32,503 bases of DNA from Octopus bimaculoides (taxonomy: Eukaryota). The translations under genes were made by a program, and so were the position numbers. Within the stretch, counting starts at the first letter, position 1; every line of letters begins with the position of its first letter. The stretch spans positions 32,203,648-32,236,150 of the forward strand of contig NC_068984.1 of NCBI RefSeq assembly GCF_001194135.2, read 5' to 3'. Positions 22,056 through 32,503 of this stretch are shown one piece after another. The notes under the pieces were generated by a model, which had not been told where the DNA came from, made no database searches, and saw only the letters and a program-made list of their open reading frames with translations.

Positions 22056-23271
22056 TTTACCAAACACCATGCATCACTTTGGGGCTGTCTGTTCCATCAC
22101 TTAAGGGAACTTCAGCCATGTATCAATTTCTGTTCCAAGTTACTTCTCTACTAAATGAGGCACTTTTACTGTGGCTTGTTCAGTACACATCTGTTCTGTT
22201 CATTTTTTTCCTAATCTACATATATTAATATAGGTAGTACTGATGACTGTAGATTCTTAATCTAATCCTTTCAATCAGCATACATGAATCATGTATGCTG
22301 GAACAACCATAATTTGTGTAAAAACATTAAGAACTACAGGAATTAGAGACGTTATTCTCTGCTCTAACAACTGTCAAATTGCTTCTAGTTGATTTATGAT
22401 AATGGTTTTATTTGGTTAAATCAATTTACATCTCAAACAATGGGAAATTTATCAACTTCAGTGAAGTTTAACATATATTGGCTCTTAATAGTGACACATC
22501 ACAGTGGGAATAAATTCCAGTTAAATGAACTTTGTAGTAAACTATCTATACACTGATAATCAGTAACACCATTCACTTCCTCTCATATTGCATTTGTATC
22601 TCAGGAATCACTAAATATTTTAACCATAATAATTATATCAGTTTCCTTGAAGATAAATCATGCTTTTCTTCCTTCCAAATAAGTAAATAATGCATTTCAA
22701 AATACAGTTGCATATACCTATAATTATATACATAATAGTGTACTAAGACTTTGACAATGCTGTAGGTAATACATCAGTCTCATAATTATTTCTGTAACTA
22801 TTAACACATGTATGCACCTCTAACTACTAAGATAATATACAAATATAAATTTAACTATTTCTGCTACTATACATATAGACTATACTTACTTCATTTCGTT
22901 TGTACATGCATAAAACAATATACAAGCATACATATATGACATACATGCACATATATATGCACATATATAGTATACATACTCACATACACAGACAGACTTA
23001 CACACACTAGCCAATTAGCTAACGTAACATGCACATCATTACAAATGACAGTTGTAAGTTACTTCACTATTTGTACAGCTGAGAGTAAATAAATCTAAAT
23101 GTCAACTTCTTCATAACATGCTTTCTACTTATTAGTAGGTTATTTCAAATTTAATGTGATTCCAATATTCCTCAAGTGAATTCTTGAATTGACTCATTGT
23201 CTTTGACTAGATGATAACCTTTTTGCAATTGATTTAATTTTCATGCAAACAGTATAAACAGATATATTGTC

Positions 23272-23486
23272 ATATTGGCTTCAAATTTTGGCACAAGGCC
23301 AGCAACTGCAAGACTGTGAAAAGTCGATTACATCAATCCAGTGCTCAACGGGTACTTATTTTATCAACTCCGAAAGGATAAAAAGCAAAGTTGATCTTGG
23401 TGGAATTTGAGCTCAGAACGTAACAACCAATGAAATTCTGCTAAGCATTTTGCCTAGCATGCTAACGATTCTGCCAGCTCACTCCC
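23272..23486 (-). mobile_element. Full-length tRNA-derived SINE family B
   Basis: Minus strand: ggagtgagctggcagaatcgttagcatgctaggcaaaatgcttagc...gagctcaaattcc...ctttttatcctttcggagttgataaaataagtacc...ggccttgtgccaaaatttgaagcc. Confidence 0.85.
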
Positions 23487-23589
23487 TTAAGTCTATTGTT
23501 ATATTAAAGGGTTGCATAACTTCTTGAATACTTTTAATGAATGGCTTCTTACTGGTATCATTTTAAGGCAGTTTCTGTTAAATTAATTT

Positions 23590-23700
23590 TCACCCTATCA
23601 TCATATACAAAAGTCATATTTCCCTTCTTTGCATTAATGACTTACCTTTTATTACTTCTAACTATTCACCCTAAATGCAGATGATACCATCTTTAATTCC
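23590..23700 (+). mobile_element. Highly decayed non-LTR RT fragment (Jockey/CR1 group-like)
   Basis: LLCINDLPFITSN...NADDTIF with a frameshift resembles the RT motifs F.LFINDLP...YADDT. Confidence 0.5.
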
Positions 23701-23874
23701 TATTCAGCTACAGCCCTTTACATTTTCTCATTTCAAATCTCACTATGGTCAACCTTGCTTTGCATCATTCCAGTGTCCATGAAATAAAATATGGGTCAAG
23801 TGATGGGAATAATTTAATCAACTGGACTCTGCACCAAAATGTGTGACTTAGTGAATTGATTACAAATTAATAAT

Positions 23875-24070
23875 CATTAGGTGCAAGACTGTAAATTTAA
23901 GGGAAAGGGGTTAGTCGATCATATTAACCCCAGTTTTTGATTTGTACTTATCTTATTGATACAAATAGTATGAAAGGTAGATTTGACCTTAATAGTATTT
24001 GAACTCTACTGTAGAGAACGGAACCAAATACCACAAAACAGATGCCTTGACAAATCTGCCGGCCCACCAC
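23875..24070 (-). mobile_element. Older SINE family B copy
   Basis: ttagtcgatcatattaaccccag..gtacttatcttattg..tatgaaaggtagatttgacc..tttgaactc..ctgccggcccaccacc is collinear with 23272-23486. Confidence 0.65.
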
Positions 24071-24114
24071 CTTATAATAATAATTAATATTGATATGTAA
24101 CAGAAGGATAACAT

Positions 24115-24245
24115 CATAAGTTTTAGAGGAATTAGCAAGTGATTTAGTTGATATCAGTACTTATCTGGTAATTGTTTTAATGTCTCTGAAGAAGTGGAAG
24201 ATAAAGTTGGATTTGTGTTAATATGAATTCACAATGTAAAGGCAT
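24115..24245 (-). mobile_element. Very old SINE family B remnant
   Basis: cagtacttatctggta..ttttaatgtctctgaagaagtggaagataaagttg is faintly collinear with the same family. Confidence 0.4.
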
Positions 24246-24789
24246 ATAATACTGTAATGTTATTATGTTTTGTGATTCCATTAACCATAGACATTTTATA
24301 ATGATTTCAATGGTGACTTCAAGTATAGGCTCAATGTCTTATAGCAACTTAATATATACAAATACAACTATGGAAAGAAATTTATTCTAATCATAATGAA
24401 GCTTCTTTCATAAAATATTGTTATAAACTTTGTAACAAATGTATAACACATACTTCTAATGAAGGTGAATAAATCAGAAACATTTGAAATTGTGTCTCTT
24501 GTGTGCTCAGTCAGTTAACTCACCATAACTTTATCAACATTGTCGCTCATGTAAGAAACATAGAAAATAATAAAACCCATTTCATTAGTAAAGCATATTT
24601 CTAGTTAATGCAGAAACTTTTGTATATTCTTCTTTAGCAGCATACCATGGTAACTAATTATTCTTCAAAAACACCTGGAAATAAGTCTCCATTTCTTAAA
24701 TTTTAAGTCATTATTTCCACATTATGGTAATGGATTATGAGAATTGATACATCATTGGAGAAAATACCTTGTTTTTAATTACAACTCTT

Positions 24790-24930
24790 TATGATCAAAG
24801 CTTGAATCTTACTGTAATTAACTTTGTCTTTCATTTTTCCATGCAGGGATTGATAAAATAAGTACTGGTTGAGTGCTGTAGTGCAGGTGTGATGTAATCA
24901 GGTGTTCTCTCCTCTAGAAATCCGCAGAAT
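24790..24930 (+). mobile_element. SINE family B fragment, 3' half
   Basis: aactttgtctttcat..gattgataaaataagtactggttgagtgctg..gatgtaatc is the reverse complement of 23335-23400. Confidence 0.65.
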
Positions 24931-25796
24931 TCAAGCAATTGTTTATGTATTTGTACTGGTGTGAGGGAAGATAAAGAATAATAGCTGTGCATGTGCATGT
25001 GCTGCATGCAAGCGTGTTGATATGCAGGTATGCATAGCTGGTAACTTCTTGTGTGAGAAACATAGACTTAATTGTATAACATATAACAGTTTCTCTTTTG
25101 AATAAACAATTTAAATAACTGTACACTAAGCAGACACTGCTTAAATGAACGAGTCATCCTCAAAGAACAAAATCATAAGAGCACATTCTAATTAACTACA
25201 TTGTTGTTACATCTGAGGTGTACAATATCATTTAATTCTCTGATAAACTATCTCATAATATACATTCAGAATACATCATGGAAACAAATCAGTCGCAAAA
25301 CAAGAAAAATAATATATAATCAGAAATTCTTATCAAAGACTTTGTTGAGACATCTTCTGATTTTGTTCCATCCTCTCCTAAAACCAAATAATAGTCAAAT
25401 GACATTGTTTTGTATGTCAATAATGCGTAGTAGAAATGCTATATAGCTAATCCCTTATTTCCTGAATCTTTCCAACAGCTAGGTGATTAGTTCTTGTATC
25501 TGAGCTTTTTGTTATTGGAAAAACTAAAGTAGATTATGGAGAAACATGTCTTACGATAGAGATTTCAGATCTTAAAACATTTAGTTACTTCAATAAAAAC
25601 ACCATTCATTCATTGTGGAATCTAATATAAATACATACTGTTTATTCTGACATTTTGGATTTGTTGACTAAGTTTACAGCCAAAGCAGCTGATATATTTT
25701 TGCAGAGAAATATTTGTTATAGGAATTCTATGTGATTTTGTTTATAATACGCACAGACACATGCATTTACATATGATATATATATATATATATATA

Positions 25797-25806
25797 NNNN
25801 NNNNNN
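25797..25806. other. Assembly gap (10 N)
   Basis: Run of N after (TA)n. Confidence 1.
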
Positions 25807-26054
25807 CACACTCACATATGTATATATATATATATGTGTGTGCATACATACATGGAGAAAGAAAGAGAGAATAAGGGTAGGAGTATATATATTTAGATGT
25901 CAAATGATAAATCAAAGAAAATAAATCTACTGTGCAATGAGTGCCCTTATCATATGATTTAGGTGCTGCATGGATGAGAAAGACTTTTGCATACATTGTA
26001 TATCATACTGTATTTTAGTTCCTTTTTGTTTTGCTCTCTAATTCACATAGACCT

Positions 26055-26135
26055 CCACCTCTCTCTCACTCTCTTTCTCTGTCTCTATCTCTATGTGTAT
26101 ATATCTCTCTCTCTATCTATCTATCGCTCTCTTTC
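26055..26135. repeat. (CT)/(CTAT) low-complexity tract
   Basis: Direct reading. Confidence 0.8.
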
Positions 26136-27002
26136 CATATATTCATTTACTTCTTTAGAATCTTGTGCACAATGCCTAAAATTAATTCACCTCGTTGCTG
26201 CTTTGGAATAAATGATTCTTTGATAAAACATTATTGTTAAAATAAAGAAACAAAATGATATTGATTTAGAAAGGGAGTATTTCCTGAATTGTATAGACAA
26301 GCTTACACCTACAGACACATGTGCATTCACACACGCACTCACACGCATGCACACACTCACATATAATAGATACATACATATATTCATATGATGCTGGGGA
26401 AAAAATTACCATTCAATGCCATAAGATTAAATCACTTTCTTACAAGATTGAGTAGTGCCGCTGACAATTCTTGATGGAGTGGTATTTCTCAAAAGTATTC
26501 CGCCAATCATCTATTCCACACAAAGATACAATGGCAACTCATAAAGTGATGATATTCTGTTAGCAAAAGATTATTGTTTTGATGGTGAGATTGGACTTCT
26601 GACAATAAATCATAAACTTAAGCTTTCATGGAACACAAACGTATTATAAATATAGATTCCCTTTATTGAAAATAGCCCCAAAGTAGATTCATTATATTAT
26701 ATGCATATATGCATTTATTAATTATTTCCTGTATAACATCATGCTTAAACAAGGAGCACCAATATGCTAACACAAATTGTTAGACTTAAGAGTCAAATCT
26801 CCTTCATATTTACATTAAGAAATCAAAGAGTGAGTTTTAAAGAAATGAAGAGGATGGTCATGCCTTTGACCATAGATCTACAAGAACGGTCCTATTCAGG
26901 AGTTAGAAAAGTGACAGCAAAAACAATTAGATGACATCAAATAAAACTGGAAGATCAAAGGATGTGTACGACAAAGACCAGAAATGTGTCCTACCTCTCA
27001 AA

Positions 27003-27041
<39 letters not shown>

Positions 27042-27202
27042 TTCTTGTGTGTGTGTATGTGCACGTGTGTGTGTGTGTGTGCGCGCGCGCACGTGTGTGT
27101 GCATATAAGAGATGTACAATGTACTGCAAGTATATATTTGGAGTAAGCAGTAGCTTGAATAAAGAAAATTTTGTATAAAAGTCTACCTTTTGACAGGAAA
27201 TG

Positions 27203-27257
<55 letters not shown>

Positions 27258-27308
27258 GCATACACACAACACACATGCACATACAAGCAATCATGCTCAC
27301 ACACACAC
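27003..27308. repeat. (GT)n tract and (CA)n tract in inverted arrangement with a spacer of about 100 bp
   Basis: GT-rich 27003-27103, including (GC)n; CA-rich 27205-27308. Confidence 0.9.
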
Positions 27309-27310
27309 AA

Positions 27311-27480
27311 GGTGCTTGGATGGATTTGAGTTTAAGATGATTGCTTAAAAGTATTGCTGTTTCAGATCCAGTCCTGTTGCACAGCACATTAAGCTATAAT
27401 ACAAAACCAATCAATGGTTTCTGAATGGATCTGCCAAAGTTTTACCAAATGAAAACTGTGTGAAAACTCTGCACACACAC
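27311..27480 (+). mobile_element. Very old SINE family A copy, 5' half
   Basis: ccagtcctgttgcacagcac..ctataat..accaatcaatggtttctgaatggatctg..gaaaactg is faintly collinear with 17490-17590. Confidence 0.4.
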
Positions 27481-27648
27481 TTGTGTTCACACACGTATTG
27501 ACACACAAACATTGATATGTTTCAACTGAGGAAGATTTTACATAAGAGATGAAATTCCCTTTTTAACTATTGCACAATGATCTGAAACATATGTATTAAA
27601 TGTATTCAAAATATCATTACCTGGTTTGATTACATGAATATATATTTA

Positions 27649-28496
27649 CAGGCTGTTTGGGCTTAGTTTAACGATTCTTATGTGTCCTTTTTTACAAGAA
27701 CATCTTGTATAGGTGAACAGTTACTGGTGTTGGAAAGCATACAAATTAAAGTTGTGGTTGAGAAAAAGTTAACTGATATGGGTTACTTGAAGTCACCTGA
27801 ATATTGGATAAGAGTTACATGTATTATGATAAACTGCACTGGGTATCAAAATGCCATCATGGCGGCTAGGTTGTAAGACATGACATGGGCAGGTGCAGTG
27901 GAGACTATGAAATCATGATCATTACAAAGAGACATTCTGACTGTATCCACATGCCAGAATTCCTTCAACAAATGTAGAACAGGGTCTTGGCTTCAATTCA
28001 TGTGACTATGTGAAGCTGCTTTGTGACTGTGGTAAAACCTTGGCTGGAATGGCTTGCTGCTGGGAGGCCATTTGTGTAACAGTAGGACTTGGTTTTTTGC
28101 CATACTTCTACAAAGTGTCAGAAGTGGTTGCTGGAGAATTTCTATGACTTTACCTGCCCCAATTTCTAACCTCTTAATTCTCCTTATTGTAATCCCATGG
28201 ATTATTATGTGTGGTGCATGGCTAAGAAATACATGAAACTGTTCTACCTGTAACACCAAGGCTGAGGTAGTGGCCAAGAAGGTTTTCAAAGATCTTCCTG
28301 GTGGTCCAGTGAGAAATTCATGCACCAGGTTCCAGAGCCATTTTGAGGTCATGGTGAAAGCTGTGGGTAGCTGCTTTGAGTTATCTCCCAATCATAATGT
28401 AGTTGATATTTTTTCATTTTGAAAATACTGTTATTTTTGGATGGAATATTTTCTTTTCCTTTTATGCAAGCTATCAAATTTAGCACAAACACCCTG
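27649..28496 (+). mobile_element. Internally deleted Tc1/mariner transposon of the DD37D (maT) type, both TIRs present
   Basis: Left TIR caggctgtttgggcttagtttaa follows TA (27647-27648); the right TIR reads cagggtgtttgtgctaaatttga (18/23 match). Decayed transposase AAGRPFV*Q*DLVFCHTSTKCQKWLLENFYDFTCPNF*PLNSPYCNPMDYYVW has 37 residues between D (28086) and D (28200), then NSCTRFQSHFEVMVKAVGSCFE. Confidence 0.88.
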
Positions 28497-28754
28497 TGTA
28501 TATGTATGTTCATAATAGTATATATGCATGCATATGTATGATTTCATATTTGTGCCTATGCATGTATGTGCATCTATGTATGAATATTGACATACCTGAA
28601 CTTCACATATCTCTGTTAAAATCTTGATATGATGTTTAAAATCCATGTTTGAAAATAAAACAATTTGTTCTGCCCTCCAAAAGACAACAAGAAAACAAAA
28701 TCTTTTACTTACAAAACATGTCGTGGTTGGTTACAAGTATACCTAGATGTAAAA

Positions 28755-28820
28755 TGATGTGTATATGTATACATATATGTATGTATGTAAGTATGTATGT
28801 ATCTATCTATATATATATAA

Positions 28821-28865
<45 letters not shown>
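28755..28865. repeat. (TATG)/(TA)n microsatellite
   Basis: Direct reading. Confidence 0.9.
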
Positions 28866-29515
28866 NNNNNNNNNNNNNNNNNNNNNNNNNNNNNNNNNNN
28901 NNNNNNNNNNNNNNNNNNNNNNNNNNNNNNNNNNNNNNNNNNNNNNNNNNNNNNNNNNNNNNNNNNNNNNNNNNNNNNNNNNNNNNNNNNNNNNNNNNNN
29001 NNNNNNNNNNNNNNNNNNNNNNNNNNNNNNNNNNNNNNNNNNNNNNNNNNNNNNNNNNNNNNNNNNNNNNNNNNNNNNNNNNNNNNNNNNNNNNNNNNNN
29101 NNNNNNNNNNNNNNNNNNNNNNNNNNNNNNNNNNNNNNNNNNNNNNNNNNNNNNNNNNNNNNNNNNNNNNNNNNNNNNNNNNNNNNNNNNNNNNNNNNNN
29201 NNNNNNNNNNNNNNNNNNNNNNNNNNNNNNNNNNNNNNNNNNNNNNNNNNNNNNNNNNNNNNNNNNNNNNNNNNNNNNNNNNNNNNNNNNNNNNNNNNNN
29301 NNNNNNNNNNNNNNNNNNNNNNNNNNNNNNNNNNNNNNNNNNNNNNNNNNNNNNNNNNNNNNNNNNNNNNNNNNNNNNNNNNNNNNNNNNNNNNNNNNNN
29401 NNNNNNNNNNNNNNNNNNNNNNNNNNNNNNNNNNNNNNNNNNNNNNNNNNNNNNNNNNNNNNNNNNNNNNNNNNNNNNNNNNNNNNNNNNNNNNNNNNNN
29501 NNNNNNNNNNNNNNN
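28866..29515. other. Assembly gap (N)
   Basis: Run of N after (TA)n. Confidence 1.
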
Positions 29516-29559
29516 GCAAGAGGTAAAAACAGAGGTGTGGTAGAGACCAGAAGAAAAAC

Positions 29560-29690
29560 AACAGCAAAAATAAGATAGAAATAAAAATAAAAAATACAAT
29601 TGAAATCAAAATATAAATAAAAATAAAAATAAAAATACAATAAGGGTACAGCAGGAAAAAAAATAATAATAGTAGTAAAAAAGAATACAT
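29560..29690. repeat. A-rich low-complexity tract, (AAAAAT)-like
   Basis: Direct reading. Confidence 0.7.
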
Positions 29691-30256
29691 AAATGAAGGT
29701 ATAGCATGTGGGACATGCAAAAATATAAAAAAGATATACGTCAAATAACCCTTAAAAATACAAGGCACCCAAAAAGCTTACAAACACTATAGATAGGTCA
29801 CTATAGGCACTCCAATGCACATCTATATGTGTGGGTTCGTGTGCACAGCCTTACTCGGATGTCCCCTTACTCTCATGTGTGCATATACAAGTTTTTATAA
29901 GCAAACATTCCACCACATACGTTGTTTGTGGCATCAGCTCTATTAGCTGTATCTAGAAAGCTGGAAGTGTTTTTTAGAAAGGAAGTTTTGTTGAGTGTGT
30001 GTGTGTCATTTCTGTATATATTGGAAGATTCTATGTAGAAGTTCATTCTATACAAGTTATTAATATTCTAGTAGCAATAACAGTGAAGATGACGATGATG
30101 GTGACAACAACAACAACAATAATATGCCAAACTTTCAAACTTAGCGGTGTAAGATATCCTGTTGCCTCTTCCAACGGCTCTACCATTCTGCTGCTAGTGG
30201 GGGAGGGTTGATTACTACCGTTAACTTCCTCCTTCCAATTGGGCAACTATTGTTTT

Positions 30257-30319
30257 ATCATCGTTTAACGTGCACTTTCCAAGCTAGCATGGGTTGGACA
30301 TCATCGTTTAACATCCGAC
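30257..30319 (-). mobile_element. Two tandem, very short RTE 3' tails
   Basis: atcatcgtttaacgtgcactttccaagctagcatgggttggac (30257-30299) is followed by atcatcgtttaacatccgac (30300-30319). Both match the reverse complement of 21744-21785. Confidence 0.7.
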
Positions 30320-30389
30320 ACAAACACACACACACATACAAGTAGATACATGCAAAAGTAACAACACTGTAAAACAGATTTTAATGGAT

Positions 30390-30505
30390 TTGATCAACAT
30401 GAAATAGTGTTTTGCTCAGAAAACTCTACACTCCACCTATCTATGAATTGAACCCTCAGTCTTGCAATCATGTGTTCAACACCCTAACCACTAAACCATG
30501 CATCT
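30390..30505 (-). mobile_element. Old SINE family C head fragment
   Basis: caacatgaaatagtgttttgctcag matches 14217-14242, followed by a tRNA-like head in reverse (gaattgaaccc..ccctaaccactaaaccatgc). Confidence 0.55.
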
Positions 30506-30612
30506 TTACAGTCTGATGTGTACAAATCCATTATGTGTACATCTGATGACTTTAGAGAATTCATCACCAAGCTGAAACTCAGTCACAGGCCTCATTTATT
30601 AGTGTGATCCTC

Positions 30613-30643
<31 letters not shown>

Positions 30644-31533
30644 NNNNNNNNNNNNNNNNNNNNNNNNNNNNNNNNNNNNNNNNNNNNNNNNNNNNNNNNN
30701 NNNNNNNNNNNNNNNNNNNNNNNNNNNNNNNNNNNNNNNNNNNNNNNNNNNNNNNNNNNNNNNNNNNNNNNNNNNNNNNNNNNNNNNNNNNNNNNNNNNN
30801 NNNNNNNNNNNNNNNNNNNNNNNNNNNNNNNNNNNNNNNNNNNNNNNNNNNNNNNNNNNNNNNNNNNNNNNNNNNNNNNNNNNNNNNNNNNNNNNNNNNN
30901 NNNNNNNNNNNNNNNNNNNNNNNNNNNNNNNNNNNNNNNNNNNNNNNNNNNNNNNNNNNNNNNNNNNNNNNNNNNNNNNNNNNNNNNNNNNNNNNNNNNN
31001 NNNNNNNNNNNNNNNNNNNNNNNNNNNNNNNNNNNNNNNNNNNNNNNNNNNNNNNNNNNNNNNNNNNNNNNNNNNNNNNNNNNNNNNNNNNNNNNNNNNN
31101 NNNNNNNNNNNNNNNNNNNNNNNNNNNNNNNNNNNNNNNNNNNNNNNNNNNNNNNNNNNNNNNNNNNNNNNNNNNNNNNNNNNNNNNNNNNNNNNNNNNN
31201 NNNNNNNNNNNNNNNNNNNNNNNNNNNNNNNNNNNNNNNNNNNNNNNNNNNNNNNNNNNNNNNNNNNNNNNNNNNNNNNNNNNNNNNNNNNNNNNNNNNN
31301 NNNNNNNNNNNNNNNNNNNNNNNNNNNNNNNNNNNNNNNNNNNNNNNNNNNNNNNNNNNNNNNNNNNNNNNNNNNNNNNNNNNNNNNNNNNNNNNNNNNN
31401 NNNNNNNNNNNNNNNNNNNNNNNNNNNNNNNNNNNNNNNNNNNNNNNNNNNNNNNNNNNNNNNNNNNNNNNNNNNNNNNNNNNNNNNNNNNNNNNNNNNN
31501 NNNNNNNNNNNNNNNNNNNNNNNNNNNNNNNNN
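30644..31533. other. Assembly gap (N)
   Basis: Run of N between (TA)n tracts. Confidence 1.
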
Positions 31534-31725
31534 TATATATATATATATACATGTATATATATATACATACAGAGATAGATAGATAGATAGATAGATAGAT
31601 ACATGAATGTTTATGCGTATCAATCTTTCTCTCTATTTGTCTGTCTTATCTATCTCTCTATCAACTAGTCAATCTATCTACCTATCTATCTACACACACA
31701 TATACGTACACACACACACACACAC
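31534..31725. repeat. Compound (TA)/(GATA)/(CTAT)/(CA) simple repeats
   Basis: Direct reading. Confidence 0.85.
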
Positions 31726-31736
31726 GTGGATTTTCT

Positions 31737-31855
31737 CCAGTGAATGACAATAAGATTTCAGTTGTTTGATCAGATGAATTCTCAGCTTCCCAATTAACAT
31801 ATAAGTGGCTGAATTATTCACAGACATAGGTAACCTTAATTGATTCTCATTTCAG
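31737..31855 (-). mobile_element. Old SINE family C 3' fragment
   Basis: aagtggctgaattattcacagacataggtaaccttaa aligns with aagtggctgagcacttcacagacatgtgtacccttaa (14081-14117). Confidence 0.55.
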
Positions 31856-32424
31856 TGGATGCTTTTTTTTTCTGCCCCTTCCTAACATTCTATCTTTGCG
31901 AAGTAAGACTTAGAGTCAAATGATCTAAGACATTTTCATTTCTGTTTCTTGAGCATCAAACTAATAATTATAGCTTGCGTTCTAGCTTTTAATCTTATTT
32001 CTTTGTTGTCAATTTTGTACTTGAGTATAAATGTTCATGTGGTCATATAGTTGGGTTATTTTTCTGCTATTTCCCACGCCACTGAATTCTTCTCTGATCT
32101 TGGGTTTACCAATAGATTCTAACATGTGTCTTTGCATTCTCAGTTTTCAATAACTACCATTTCACTACTCTTGATTCTTTGCAACTAAAGATGTGTATGT
32201 GTGTGTGAATGTGTGTGGCGTGTGTGTGCATGTATGTGTGTGTGTGTGTCGGTTAAATTGGTGGTTAGCACTAATGGGTAATAGTACTAACCATCAGTCT
32301 GTATTTTAAGGCATAACACTTGCATGGTTTTGGTTTTAATAAAATATCTAAGAGATGATACATATATATATATACATATATATATATATAGAGAGAGAGA
32401 GAGAGCCACTCAAACATACACACT

Positions 32425-32503
32425 ATTATTCTTTTATTCTTTTACTTGTTTCAGTAATTTGACTGCAGCCATGCTGGAGCACCGCCTTTAGTCGAGCAAA
32501 TCG
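32425..32503 (-). mobile_element. 3' end of a SINE family A copy, running off the window edge
   Basis: ttattcttttattcttttacttgtttcagtaatttgactgcagccatgctggagcaccgcctttagtcgagcaaatcg is the reverse complement of 17771-17846. Confidence 0.92.

Noticed and set aside
25240-25392. Protein-like frame METNQSQNKKNNI*SEILIKDFVETSSDFVPSSPKTK
   Set aside because: Internal stop, no splice support, no recognised homology.
27993-28391. 132-aa minus-strand ORF
   Set aside because: Antisense shadow of the plus-strand maT transposase remnant.
29873-30055. 60-aa minus ORF with three N-x-S/T sites
   Set aside because: TTG start, contains a (CA)n run, no signal peptide or splice support.
31880-32150. Possible PLE endonuclease C-terminus on the minus strand (SVAWEIAEK)
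   Set aside because: A single short motif amid many stops.

Overview
AT-rich, microsatellite-dense eukaryotic DNA with six N gaps (about 3.15 kb, mostly bordered by (TA)n). The repeat families look like those of Octopus (coleoid cephalopod); the organism is inferred by recognition, not by a search. I find no intact protein-coding gene, RNA gene or CRISPR array. All long ORFs in the track are N-gap or microsatellite artefacts, or lie in decayed transposons. The window reads as intron or intergenic DNA filled with transposon remnants: Penelope-like RT and GIY-YIG fragments, several RTE LINE fragments, three tRNA-derived SINE families, an internally deleted DD37D (maT) transposon, a Tigger-like MITE and two foldback/MITE elements. 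The most notable structure is an RTE insertion (18060-19551) laid out like a twin-primed 5' inversion, with a candidate 16-bp TSD and degenerate C-terminal C2H2 fingers; a second RTE pair (7025-8560) may share this layout. Also notable are a hammerhead-like motif in a Penelope pLTR, a 230-bp near-perfect palindrome, and a perfect 14-bp minisatellite inside a SINE. I see no evidence for a large new biological system. All alignments and identities were done by eye.
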